Positions 55,058 to 63,992 of a stretch of 64,000 bases of DNA are shown here, in pieces. The DNA comes from a virus. How positions within the stretch are numbered: position 1 is the first letter of the stretch; every line of letters begins with the position of its first letter. A model generated the notes under the pieces. That model was not told the DNA's origin, searched no databases, and saw only the letters and a list, made by a program, of their open reading frames with translations. The translations under genes were made by a program, and so were the position numbers. The DNA is taken from the IMG/VR virus record IMGVR_UViG_3300033552_000003, positions 1 to 64,000 of that record; one strand, given 5' to 3'.

Positions 55058-55213
55058 AATATAGTTTAATTTAAACAATAGTTTTTCTTTAGGTTATCTT
55101 ACGATTCCAATTAAAATTAAACTGATTGTTAAATGCTTTTTTCATGATTCAAAACTAATAAAATATATTTAATAAAACAAGGATTACATACTTATATTAC
55201 TTAATTTTACAGC

Positions 55214-56683
55214 ATGAATCTTACAATAAATACATATAATTATATAGCAGGAGTAAAAACAGCTTTATCTGTAACTACTGGAGATTTAGTTGTTAATGGT
55301 ATTCCCAATGTAACAACTGGAGTATCTCATACTTTTACAGTAGCAAATAATAGTATTGCAGTAATATCTATTCTTAAAGCAGGTTATTATGTTTATAATA
55401 TGACTGTTGATAGTGTATTTACAGCTAATAAGACTATAGATATAGTATTAGTTCAAATAGTTAGTATTGTTGATCCAGATTACAATAGACCATATCCCAA
55501 CTTCTTCTTTTTTCAGGATAACTATACATTTAAAACTTATTTTTATAATGGATCATCTTATCCTGGAAATATAGAATGGTATTATAATAATACTTCTTAC
55601 GGAACAGGTAATAAAATTGTATTAGATTATAAAACAATAGGTAGTTATCAGTTTAAAGTTAGAGGAACTACTTATAATCCTTTAGGTGGTTTAAGATATG
55701 ATTCAACTTATGCTACTGATACAGTAGGTATTAGTGGAAATACTACTCCAAATACAGCTTCTGATATATCAGTTTATTTACTTTTAGATTTAAATAAAAA
55801 TATTACAGAAATAGAATTTAGACCTCTTTTTTATTTAACTTCTACAGATCCTGAAGATTTAAGCCAATTAGATAAAGGATACGCTAGAGGAGAAACTGTT
55901 ACTGTAACTCCTGTTATAACTTTAAATAACACTTCTACATATACAGTAAAATATATTATTACAGATCCTAACGGAATTGTAGTAGTAAATACAACTATAA
56001 GTTATATAGATATTCCTAGTGTAACTATAAACTTTAATTTAGATAAACTAGGTAATTATACAGTAGAAGGAATATTAACAGATGTAGAAGGTAATAAAAA
56101 ATATTATTCTACATTAAATATTAATACTATTAATTTTATTGATATATCTTATATAGATTGTAATACATTTACATTTGAAAATAGATCAACTACTATTCCT
56201 ATTACATATACTATTAATAGTTTAACGGGTATAGTTCTTCTTCAAGGATCTTTACAAAAAGAATCAAATACACAATTTGTATTACCAGGAACTAATCTTT
56301 ATACAGTAACTGTAACTTACAATGATATTACAGAGTATTATGTAATTAATAACTATTGTGATTTAGAAGATTGTCTTACAAAAGCTACTTTAGATATATT
56401 TTGTGATCCATCTTGTGATCCATGTGATAAGTTAGAAAATGAATTAAATTTAATAAGATTGTTTGCTTTAAGTAATACATATTTTATAAAATTACATAGT
56501 GAGTATTATATTAATAACATATATACTGCTCTTACACAAACTAAATTAGATGAACTTACTAATATTAAACAGACTTTAGATCAATTAACTGAGTTTTGTA
56601 AAAGAACAGGTTGTTTAGATAAAAGTTCTGATTGTGGGTGTAATAAAACAACTAGTCAAAAAGGAGATTGCGGATGTCATTAA
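55214..56683 (+). CDS. fibre/receptor-module protein, 489 aa, with a Cys-rich C-terminus
   Basis: T/N/Y-rich beta-type composition. C-terminal CDLEDC...CDPSCDPCD...CKRTGC...DCGCNKTTSQKGDCGCH. Confidence 0.7.
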   Translation: MNLTINTYNYIAGVKTALSVTTGDLVVNGIPNVTTGVSHTFTVANNSIAVISILKAGYYVYNMTVDSVFTANKTIDIVLVQIVSIVDPDYNRPYPNFFFFQDNYTFKTYFYNGSSYPGNIEWYYNNTSYGTGNKIVLDYKTIGSYQFKVRGTTYNPLGGLRYDSTYATDTVGISGNTTPNTASDISVYLLLDLNKNITEIEFRPLFYLTSTDPEDLSQLDKGYARGETVTVTPVITLNNTSTYTVKYIITDPNGIVVVNTTISYIDIPSVTINFNLDKLGNYTVEGILTDVEGNKKYYSTLNINTINFIDISYIDCNTFTFENRSTTIPITYTINSLTGIVLLQGSLQKESNTQFVLPGTNLYTVTVTYNDITEYYVINNYCDLEDCLTKATLDIFCDPSCDPCDKLENELNLIRLFALSNTYFIKLHSEYYINNIYTALTQTKLDELTNIKQTLDQLTEFCKRTGCLDKSSDCGCNKTTSQKGDCGCH

Positions 56684-57228
56684 GAAATCCTTCTATTAAC
56701 AAATTAGATCCAAACGCTGATGAAATATTATTGGCGCAAGCATATTCTTTAGCTAAAAAAGAGATAGATAAACTTATTTTAAAAGGTATATCTGCTGATG
56801 AATATGGTAAGAAAAACGCTATAAACTATTATAAAGCAGTAGCTTATTATTATTTCTTAATAAATTATTGTATACTTATACGTCATAAATTTCAAAAACA
56901 AAGTTTATTATCTACACCTTGTTTAGGTAAAAGTATACAAGTAGAGATGCAAATAGACTGTATACTTGAAAGTTTAGAATGTATACAAAAAAAATTAGGT
57001 GTAAATTATAGAGAATATTTAATATCTTTATTTAGTATATTTAGTATTTCTTATCAAGAAGAAAATTGCCAAGATAATTGTGTAGGATTAGGTTCTTTTA
57101 TATTAGGAGAAGGATCAGATTCTGAAGCTTGGATAATTGGAAGTTGTGAAGAAACTAATAAAGTTTTAAATGGAGAATTTAAAAAGAAAGAATTTAACGT
57201 ATTAAATTTTAAAAAACCAATTGAATAA
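56674..57228 (+). CDS. Cys-rich hypothetical protein, 184 aa
   Basis: The track start is TTG 56668; the ATG at 56674 overlaps the upstream gene by 10 nt. Confidence 0.65.
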   Translation: MSLRNPSINKLDPNADEILLAQAYSLAKKEIDKLILKGISADEYGKKNAINYYKAVAYYYFLINYCILIRHKFQKQSLLSTPCLGKSIQVEMQIDCILESLECIQKKLGVNYREYLISLFSIFSISYQEENCQDNCVGLGSFILGEGSDSEAWIIGSCEETNKVLNGEFKKKEFNVLNFKKPIE

Positions 57229-57230
57229 CG

Positions 57231-57914
57231 ATGGCTACAGGTACAAAATATAGCACTAAACTGGAATTATTAAATTCTATACAAGCTTTAGTTTATGAAA
57301 ATGATGGTAATGAAACAGATTCTGAAGATATTCAGAAAGCCTCTAAAAATATTATAGAGTCTTTATGGGATAAAACAGTACCTGCAGGTACAGCAAAACA
57401 AACTTTATATTTTGATGAAGCAGGTGTTCTAACAGCTTCTAGTATGTTAAATCAAGATAACAGTGGTGTGTTAACACATACAAACAATAAAGCAGATAGT
57501 GTTTTTAGAACTATATCAGGAAACCAAAAATTATCATTAAAAGCTACTACTCAAAATACAGCAAATATTCCTTTTAGAATAGATGCTTTTACTCCTTCAG
57601 GAATACCTATTTTAGTAAATAGTATTGCTAAATTAAGAATAGAAATTGTAGGTATACAAACAGCAGGAAGTGCGGGTACAATTGGTGATTGTTGTACAAG
57701 AGTAATTACAGGAGTTGTTAAAAATATATCTGGAACACCTGTAAACATGGGTTCTGGATTAACTGTTTCAGATGTTATAGAAGATGTAGCTTTAAGTGGA
57801 TGTAATTTACTAATTAGTAATGCTGCAGGAAAAATAGATATTGCAATACAAGGACAATTAAATAAATCAATAGCTTGGACAGCATATGTTAATATGACCA
57901 TTTGTACGATATAA
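57231..57914 (+). CDS. hypothetical virion/fibre-module protein, 227 aa
   Basis: ORF in the track. The antisense ORF 57551-57901 is judged spurious. Confidence 0.7.
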   Translation: MATGTKYSTKLELLNSIQALVYENDGNETDSEDIQKASKNIIESLWDKTVPAGTAKQTLYFDEAGVLTASSMLNQDNSGVLTHTNNKADSVFRTISGNQKLSLKATTQNTANIPFRIDAFTPSGIPILVNSIAKLRIEIVGIQTAGSAGTIGDCCTRVITGVVKNISGTPVNMGSGLTVSDVIEDVALSGCNLLISNAAGKIDIAIQGQLNKSIAWTAYVNMTICTI

Positions 57915-57925
57915 AAATTATAAAT

Positions 57926-59122
57926 ATGATAGTAAAAAAGAGTTGGTTTTTTATAATAACAAAAACTGCAATAAGTAGAGGAACCAGATTTAGGTTAAAT
58001 GATAGACCTAATGAAGAAACTATGCAAAATTTAGTAGATACAGTTATTACTAAAAATATAGAAGATAAAGCAAAAGAATCTAGTTCTGAACCTGTTGAAA
58101 GTTTAGTTGGTCATGTAGTAGCATCTACTTCTCTTCAAGCGATAGCTTTTCAAGCAGTTTTAACTGATAGAACATTAGCTGTACAACCACATCAATTACC
58201 AGAAACAGTAAAAGATGCTGATACAGTTATAACTCTTACAGATGCTACATATGGAGCAACTTATACAGATCCTATTTTAGATGTTTCAAATGTAACTCCT
58301 ACAACAAGAAACGTATATAAACATAAAATAACAGCAGGATTTTCAGGATGGTTAGGAGGTATATTAAGTAATATATCTATTGCTCTTAAAAACAATATTA
58401 TTCAAACTGGTACTAATACTTCAAATATTGCTTCTAACACAGCAGCTATTTCAGGATTAACAGGTGGAACATTTAATGGTTCTATACCTATTGGAGCAGG
58501 AGTTGAATATTATGGAGTAACAGATCCTAATGCTAATTTTTTTATACAAGATGGTAGATCTTTATTAAGAACAAGTTATCCTGCATTATTTGCAATTATG
58601 GGTGTAACACAAGGTCAAGGAGCTAGTCCAGGAACTACATTTGCTTTACCTAATAAAAAAGGTAAGACTTCTAAAGGTTTAGATATAACAAATCCATTAT
58701 GTAATGTAATTGGTAAAATAGGTGGATTAGATTCTAAAATGTTAACTATATATGATTTACCTGCACATAAGCACCCTGCAAAAAATAATAGTGCAGATAT
58801 AAATATTGTAAATAATGTTGATTTAGCTGATGTACCTGTTGAATTTGGAGCACATGCTCATAAAGCAGCTTTTGGGTTAGTTGGTTTTTTACCTAACTTT
58901 GCAGGTTCTGGTGCTGATAATATTGGCGACGGTGGTGATAGTAGCTGGAAAAGTACGACTCAATTCACTACACTTACAACTAATGGTGGTATTCATAAAC
59001 ATAGTAATAAAAGTTTTTCAGGTTCTGTAGGATTTCAATACGATCCAGCATTTACTCCTCAAACAGCACTTGATTTTAATAGTCCATTTGTAACATGTAA
59101 TTTCTTAATAAGAGTACTTTAA
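57926..59122 (+). CDS. tail fibre with a phage tail-collar domain
   Basis: IPIGAGVEYYG...FIQDGRSLLRTSYPALFAIMGVTQGQGASPGTTFALPNKKGKT matches the Collar-domain pattern (G-x-l...y-p-x-Lf-x-x-iG...F-x-lP-x-x-x-Gr). The ATG at 57926 is preferred to the TTG at 57902. Confidence 0.7.
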   Translation: MIVKKSWFFIITKTAISRGTRFRLNDRPNEETMQNLVDTVITKNIEDKAKESSSEPVESLVGHVVASTSLQAIAFQAVLTDRTLAVQPHQLPETVKDADTVITLTDATYGATYTDPILDVSNVTPTTRNVYKHKITAGFSGWLGGILSNISIALKNNIIQTGTNTSNIASNTAAISGLTGGTFNGSIPIGAGVEYYGVTDPNANFFIQDGRSLLRTSYPALFAIMGVTQGQGASPGTTFALPNKKGKTSKGLDITNPLCNVIGKIGGLDSKMLTIYDLPAHKHPAKNNSADINIVNNVDLADVPVEFGAHAHKAAFGLVGFLPNFAGSGADNIGDGGDSSWKSTTQFTTLTTNGGIHKHSNKSFSGSVGFQYDPAFTPQTALDFNSPFVTCNFLIRVL

Positions 59123-59134
59123 AATATAAATATT

Positions 59135-59380
59135 ATGCCAACAAAACCTAAGAAAAAACCTTCTGCGTATGCTAACAAAACTCCTTCAGCAGAAGAAAGA
59201 ATGAAACAATTTAAAAATGATCCTAATGCACAAAATGCTGTGGATTATATGACTACAGCTAAAGGTTATCAACCAGATCCTCTTAAATCTAGAGGTGGAT
59301 CAATTAGTGGAGCTAAACCAACAGTTAAAAAAGGTACAGGTGTACCAGTTAAAAAACTTAAAATAAGACCTAAATTTTAA
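59135..59380 (+). CDS. Lys/Pro-rich basic mini-protein, 81 aa
   Basis: ORF in the track. Confidence 0.6.
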   Translation: MPTKPKKKPSAYANKTPSAEERMKQFKNDPNAQNAVDYMTTAKGYQPDPLKSRGGSISGAKPTVKKGTGVPVKKLKIRPKF

Positions 59381-59384
59381 TATT

Positions 59385-59522
59385 ATGAAAAAACCAGGAC
59401 CAGAAGTTCCTGCTAAAAAAGCAGCAACTAAAAAACCAGCACCTAAGAAAGAGTATGATTCTTATATTGAATTCTTTAAAGGAAATAACAAATATTCCAA
59501 AGGAACTAAAAAAGTTAAATAA
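59385..59522 (+). CDS. unlisted Lys-rich mini-ORF, 45 aa (MKKPGPEVPAKKAATKKPAPKKEYDSYIEFFKGNNKYSKGTKKVK)
   Basis: ATG 4 nt after the upstream stop. Same composition as the preceding protein. A terminator follows 14 nt after its stop. Confidence 0.45.
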   Translation: MKKPGPEVPAKKAATKKPAPKKEYDSYIEFFKGNNKYSKGTKKVK

Positions 59523-59535
59523 TCATTATAAAAAT

Positions 59536-59573
59536 AAAAAAGTAAGAAGGGTTTAACCTTCTTACTTTTTTTT
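59536..59573. terminator. bidirectional rho-independent terminator at the convergence of the plus and minus blocks
   Basis: gtaagaagg (59542-59550) / ccttcttac (59557-59565), flanked by an A6 run and a T8 run. Confidence 0.75.
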
Positions 59574-59631
59574 AGGTATATTAAATAATTTTTTTAAAAA
59601 TTGACATTCAACAAGATTAAATTTATCTAAA

Positions 59632-59799
59632 TCACTTACTTTCTTTTTTTCTAGGTTTCTTTTTATAAGTTTGTTTATGTACTGATTCAGCACAAGCTAA
59701 TCCGTTTAGATTTTCATATTTATTAGATAATAATATAGTTATAGCTTGTAGTTTTAACTCTTTACTTGATAATATTGCACTTTTATTGTATGCGATCAT
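59632..59799 (-). CDS. unlisted small ORF, 55 aa (MIAYNKSAILSSKELKLQAITILLSNKYENLNGLACAESVHKQTYKKKPRKKESK)
   Basis: ATG at 59799, TGA at 59634-59632. Last ORF of the minus-strand block before the convergent terminator. Confidence 0.35.
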   Translation of the reverse strand: MIAYNKSAILSSKELKLQAITILLSNKYENLNGLACAESVHKQTYKKKPRKKESK

Positions 59800-59843
59800 G
59801 TTGTGTTTACTAATGTTTAACGTAATATCAAAATTGTTGTTCT

Positions 59844-60095
59844 TTATACCTTGTAAGCGTTTAGAATTGCCATTTCTAAACTTTCTATAAGTTGTTTATG
59901 TATACCTAGCTTAAAGGCTTGGTCTATCATCCTGTTGTTTGCTTCAATTAAAGATTGCTCTAAACGGTATTCAGCTACTAGTTGAGCGTATTCTTCTAAA
60001 ATTGAACAAACTACATCATATGAAATGTCTTCTGTATGATGAAATGCTCTGTCTTTTAGAAACTCTTCTGCACTCGGCAGTTCTTTATTTTCCAT
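59844..60095 (-). CDS. hypothetical protein, 83 aa
   Basis: ORF in the track. Confidence 0.65.
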   Translation of the reverse strand: MENKELPSAEEFLKDRAFHHTEDISYDVVCSILEEYAQLVAEYRLEQSLIEANNRMIDQAFKLGIHKQLIESLEMAILNAYKV

Positions 60096-60098
60096 GAT

Positions 60099-60572
60099 CT
60101 ATTTTATTAATAGTGATTTAAGCCATGCGATATCCTCTTCCAATAGCTCCTTTTCTTTCTCCCACTCTTCCTTCGCTTGCTCGACGCACGCATCCTTATA
60201 TTCGTTCATGCACTCAATAATCCATTTTCTATCTAATTCGTGGAAATGGAACTTGTGTTCATCCTCGTACTTTTTAAGTATTAAATCCGCTACGCTTGGT
60301 GAACCTAAATTGCCTAGCATGTTTTCTAAATTCTCAGTCATTTTGTCTTTACCTAATTTGCCTAATCTATTTTTTAACGGCTTATCTCTCATGTTTTCAA
60401 AAACTGTTTCATGAAGAACTTTTTGAAAGTCGGGTTCAATTTGGATTTGTTTGCTATCTTTTTTATACCCTTCCATTGCCTGTTTTAGCCAATAAACGTT
60501 ATGCGATTCTTTTAAAGAACGTATTCGGGCTTGTAACCACCCTATCCAGTTGTTGAGGTTTTCTGTGCTCAT
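60099..60572 (-). CDS. hypothetical protein, 157 aa
   Basis: ORF in the track. The plus-strand ORFs 60094-60414 and 60296-60556 are antisense shadows. Confidence 0.7.
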   Translation of the reverse strand: MSTENLNNWIGWLQARIRSLKESHNVYWLKQAMEGYKKDSKQIQIEPDFQKVLHETVFENMRDKPLKNRLGKLGKDKMTENLENMLGNLGSPSVADLILKKYEDEHKFHFHELDRKWIIECMNEYKDACVEQAKEEWEKEKELLEEDIAWLKSLLIK

Positions 60573-60835
60573 TTCCTGCCTTTAAGTTCTGTACTCTTTT
60601 TAGCACTTGCCTTTATCGCTTTATGTAAAGCCTTTAATGCTTCACCGGATAATGGTTTTGGTTTTATCTCTGTTATCTCTACGGGTACGCAACGGTAGCC
60701 TTGACTTTTAAGTATTTGCCACGTTATGCAAATTAAAAAAGAATCTAGAAAGCAATCAATACATTCGTCTTCAAACTCTTTAATGTCTTGTATTTTAACT
60801 TTTCCTTTTGGGTCTTTTATTGCGTATGCTTTCAT
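60569..60835 (-). CDS. hypothetical protein, 88 aa
   Basis: ORF in the track, 4-nt overlap with the downstream gene. Confidence 0.65.
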   Translation of the reverse strand: MKAYAIKDPKGKVKIQDIKEFEDECIDCFLDSFLICITWQILKSQGYRCVPVEITEIKPKPLSGEALKALHKAIKASAKKSTELKGRK

Positions 60836-60999
60836 GGGTTTAATGTTAAATGTTTAATAAGGTCTTCCATAGAAGCAAATCTAAGTATACTCATATTTTC
60901 AGAATTCATTATATAAATATCCTTTGGTGAAAATATTTGTATAGAATGATTAATACTATACATTTCGTGAACCTTCAAAATTAATTGTATTATATCCAT
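60832..60999 (-). CDS. unlisted small ORF, 55 aa (MDIIQLILKVHEMYSINHSIQIFSPKDIYIMNSENMSILRFASMEDLIKHLTLNP)
   Basis: ATG at 60999, 3 nt after the upstream stop (61003-61005). ATGA overlap with the start of the 60569-60835 gene. Confidence 0.45.
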   Translation of the reverse strand: MDIIQLILKVHEMYSINHSIQIFSPKDIYIMNSENMSILRFASMEDLIKHLTLNP

Positions 61000-61002
61000 G
61001 TG

Positions 61003-61224
61003 TTATTCGTTTAAATGGGTGCGTAGTTCAACTTTCAAAACAGATAATAGCATCTTTAGTTCTTCAAAATTATTAACTTCCGCATACCACAACAGAGAAT
61101 TATCGCCATTTTCTGCATATACTTGACCCTCGCAGCTAATTATTGTTTCATTGTTAATCCTCCAATATCCAGTATCATAAGGATTGAAATGATCATCTAG
61201 AAATTTATCTGTAATTCTTTTCAT
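61003..61224 (-). CDS. hypothetical protein, 73 aa
   Basis: ORF in the track. Confidence 0.6.
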   Translation of the reverse strand: MKRITDKFLDDHFNPYDTGYWRINNETIISCEGQVYAENGDNSLLWYAEVNNFEELKMLLSVLKVELRTHLNE

Positions 61225-61270
61225 TCAGTTATTCGTTTATGTGTTTACCTTGTTTGTTCCCGTTCGCTAC

Positions 61271-61492
61271 CTAAATACTCCTAGCCTTTAACATTGCATC
61301 AGCCATTTTATAAGCATTTTCAGCAAAGCCATCATAACATACTGCCAAACCCCCGATATTCATTGTAGACAATGCTTTTGCTGCGAAGTAATCTCTTAAA
61401 GTCATTCCATCGGTGGTAAATACTGCCGGAGTTCCTACTTTGTCAAAGCCATGCTCAATTGTAGGAAATGCAGGTTGGTTATAATTACTCAT
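61271..61492 (-). CDS. hypothetical protein, 73 aa
   Basis: ORF in the track. The plus-strand ORF 61451-61648 is judged spurious. Confidence 0.6.
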   Translation of the reverse strand: MSNYNQPAFPTIEHGFDKVGTPAVFTTDGMTLRDYFAAKALSTMNIGGLAVCYDGFAENAYKMADAMLKARSI

Positions 61493-61687
61493 ACTATTTT
61501 ATTTGATAGGTTAATACTTTTTAAATTGTGGAGGCTACACCTTTCGATAGTGCATCTACCGGATAGATCCGGCCATTCTTCATTTGAACTAAACCCCCAT
61601 TTCTACTTCTGTTTAAAATTAGTATACTTTTTGTTTTCCCACTTTTGATACCTGCAAATCAATCGGTTAAACCAAAACGGGTTACTC

Positions 61688-62032
61688 TCAAATAGAAGAT
61701 TCATCTTTTTTAGCATGATACAAATTATTAAATTCTTTTATTGCAATATAATTTAATTCTTTAACTTTATTAATTAAAAATAAAGCTTGTTCTTGAGCAC
61801 CATCACCTTGTTCTTCTATTAATTGTTTTAGAATAGGTTCTGTTTCTTCCATTAAAGTAATAGCCTTTCTTTTTAAGACTTGTTTCCAAATAGATTTTAC
61901 ATTTTTAATATTATCTAATAATTCAATTTGTAATTGAGTATGAGCTAATAAAAATATAGCATCTGTTATAAACTGATTTCTTTCTTCTGGAGTACAATCT
62001 TGTAATAATTTTTGTTTTGGTGGTTGTATCAT
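61688..62032 (-). CDS. hypothetical protein, 114 aa
   Basis: ORF in the track. Confidence 0.65.
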   Translation of the reverse strand: MIQPPKQKLLQDCTPEERNQFITDAIFLLAHTQLQIELLDNIKNVKSIWKQVLKRKAITLMEETEPILKQLIEEQGDGAQEQALFLINKVKELNYIAIKEFNNLYHAKKDESSI

Positions 62033-62388
62033 TGTATAATAATTTGTTTAAACCATTCTTTACTTTCTATAATATCTTTAAATAAATAATTAAAGATTAA
62101 TTCTCTTTGCTCTTCATATGTAGAAGAACAAAATAATTCTAATCTTTTAAAATCAAAATTATTTTTATCTATATCGTCTTCAAAATCAACTTTAAATTTA
62201 TTTAAAATTGTTTCTTTAGACCAACCATTTTTAAAACATTCATCTGCAACGTGTAATATAGATACTTCAATACCTCTTTTTTTTAGTTCTGATACAGTCA
62301 TAGATATAGGAAAACCAGATTCATAGAATAATTTACCTATACCTTTTATTGCAATTTTTCTGTTTTCTATTATACAAATCTCTATCAT
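62029..62388 (-). CDS. hypothetical protein, 119 aa
   Basis: ORF in the track, ATGA-type overlap with the downstream gene. Confidence 0.65.
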   Translation of the reverse strand: MIEICIIENRKIAIKGIGKLFYESGFPISMTVSELKKRGIEVSILHVADECFKNGWSKETILNKFKVDFEDDIDKNNFDFKRLELFCSSTYEEQRELIFNYLFKDIIESKEWFKQIIIQ

Positions 62389-62413
62389 ATAAATTTAGTA
62401 AAAACAGAGTCAA

Positions 62414-62674
62414 TTAAGACTCTGTTTCTGTTTTGTAATTTGTTATTATTCGATCAAGATAAAATTGAGCTTTTAAAAGGTCTTCTAATCCATTTTTCTT
62501 TTTATGTCTAGAAACATATTTTACTACATTTCCCGTATTAAAATCTAAATCTAAAGATTCTATTAAATCTATTGGTTGTACTTTACCTTTATAATGATCA
62601 GGATTTATTTTATCATCCATTGTTTTTACTTTATCTATAAATAATTCTGTAACAATATTTGCATAATATGACAT
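62414..62674 (-). CDS. DUF3310-like phage protein
   Basis: NPDHYKGKVQPIDLIESL...GNVVKYVSRHKKKNGLEDLLKAQFYL follows the DUF3310 pattern (P-x-HY ... id ... KY-x-x-R ... K ... eDl-x-KA-x-x-Y). Confidence 0.65.
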   Translation of the reverse strand: MSYYANIVTELFIDKVKTMDDKINPDHYKGKVQPIDLIESLDLDFNTGNVVKYVSRHKKKNGLEDLLKAQFYLDRIITNYKTETES

Positions 62675-63690
62675 TATTGATTTTTTAAATATTTAAATTC
62701 ATCATATTTTAATACATTATTACCAAGATACTCATCTTTAGTTAACTCCCAATTATCAGTACTCGTGTGCCACTGAATTAATTTAATAAGTTCTAAATAT
62801 TCTTGAATACCTTTATTAATCCATTCAATATCAATATCAAAAACTTGTGTTGTAAATTGTCCTATAGTTTCTACAGCAACTATATGATAACTTATTTCAT
62901 AATCTTGGATATCTGTATAACCTAATTGTTTTAATAATTCAATAATAGCTTTACCATAAAATGCTAATTGTCTATATGTTCTATAGTAAGCAAATTCATT
63001 AGGATAATTACCTACAGCTTTAGAAGTAGTTTTAAGATCAATTATTTTAATTTTTTTATTTTTTTGATCTATAATAACTCTATCTAATAAACTTTTACAA
63101 TTTACACCTTCTATATCAAAATAAATAGCTTGTTCATTAAGTACTTGTACGTCTTCTAATTGTTCAAATAATAATCTATTTGCTATTGGATGTGCATATA
63201 AAGAATGGTAACAACTAAAAAGAATGTTTTTAGTTGTTTTAGTAATTGCTATTTTATCAGAAGGATATTTAAGAAATGTATAATACTCTAAAAGATCTTT
63301 TTTAAATTTTTCAATTATAGTAAATTCTTTTTTAGTAGTAACATATACACCTGTATTATTTTTTGCCATTAAAATAAGCTTATCAAATACAACATCTAAT
63401 TCTTCTTCTGCTGTTATTTTATTTACTTTTTCTAATCTTAATATTTCTTTTACCCAAACAATTCCCATATCAGAAGGTGCTTCTATTTCAGATACTTCAA
63501 AAGCATTTGGATCTTCTACCCATTTGTGAAGTAATTTACCACGTTCAAGAGATAAAGTATTTAATTTTTCTTCTTTTCCGTTTATAAAAGCTTTATACTT
63601 TTTAGGATGACTAGATTGAGATGGATTTATTTTTGATAAACTAGAGTTAGATATAGCTACTACATCATAATAAGGATTTTCTTTTAACAT
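62674..63690 (-). CDS. PD-(D/E)XK (RecB/Cas4-like) nuclease
   Basis: LLDRVIID ... IKIIDLKTTSK ... YRQLAFYG reproduces the D / (D/E)-x-K / Q-x-x-x-Y motif series. Confidence 0.65.
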   Translation of the reverse strand: MLKENPYYDVVAISNSSLSKINPSQSSHPKKYKAFINGKEEKLNTLSLERGKLLHKWVEDPNAFEVSEIEAPSDMGIVWVKEILRLEKVNKITAEEELDVVFDKLILMAKNNTGVYVTTKKEFTIIEKFKKDLLEYYTFLKYPSDKIAITKTTKNILFSCYHSLYAHPIANRLLFEQLEDVQVLNEQAIYFDIEGVNCKSLLDRVIIDQKNKKIKIIDLKTTSKAVGNYPNEFAYYRTYRQLAFYGKAIIELLKQLGYTDIQDYEISYHIVAVETIGQFTTQVFDIDIEWINKGIQEYLELIKLIQWHTSTDNWELTKDEYLGNNVLKYDEFKYLKNQ

Positions 63691-63692
63691 AA

Positions 63693-63992
63693 TTAATCTT
63701 TAATAAATGTACCAGCTACTGTTTTACCAGTTCTATTTTTAATTACATTATATGCTGATTCTAAACATTCATCATAATTGTAACCTAATTGTTGTGCAAG
63801 TATAATTAAAGTAACTTGTACATCTCCAAGTGCATCTATAATTTCTTCTTCATTTTGTTTAATAATAGCATCTCCAAGTTCACCCATCTCACTAACAGAT
63901 TTAATATACTGTTTAAATGCGTTTTCACGTTTTAAAAGACTTTTTTGATCTGCCCAAACTAAAACTTCTTTTTGTAATTCATTATTATTCAT
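63693..63992 (-). CDS. MazG-like nucleoside triphosphate pyrophosphohydrolase
   Basis: 99 aa. SEMGELGDAI ... EEIIDALGDVQVTLIILAQQLG fits the all-alpha MazG E-x-x-E-L / D metal-binding helices. Confidence 0.65.
   Translation of the reverse strand: MNNNELQKEVLVWADQKSLLKRENAFKQYIKSVSEMGELGDAIIKQNEEEIIDALGDVQVTLIILAQQLGYNYDECLESAYNVIKNRTGKTVAGTFIKD

Noticed and set aside
60094-60556. Plus-strand ORFs 60094-60414 and 60296-60556 (also 61451-61648, 1963-2241, 6055-6252 and 57551-57901 on the strand opposite their host genes)
   Set aside because: They lie fully inside better-supported genes of the locally dominant orientation, and their products are Ser/Leu/Phe-rich shadow sequences.
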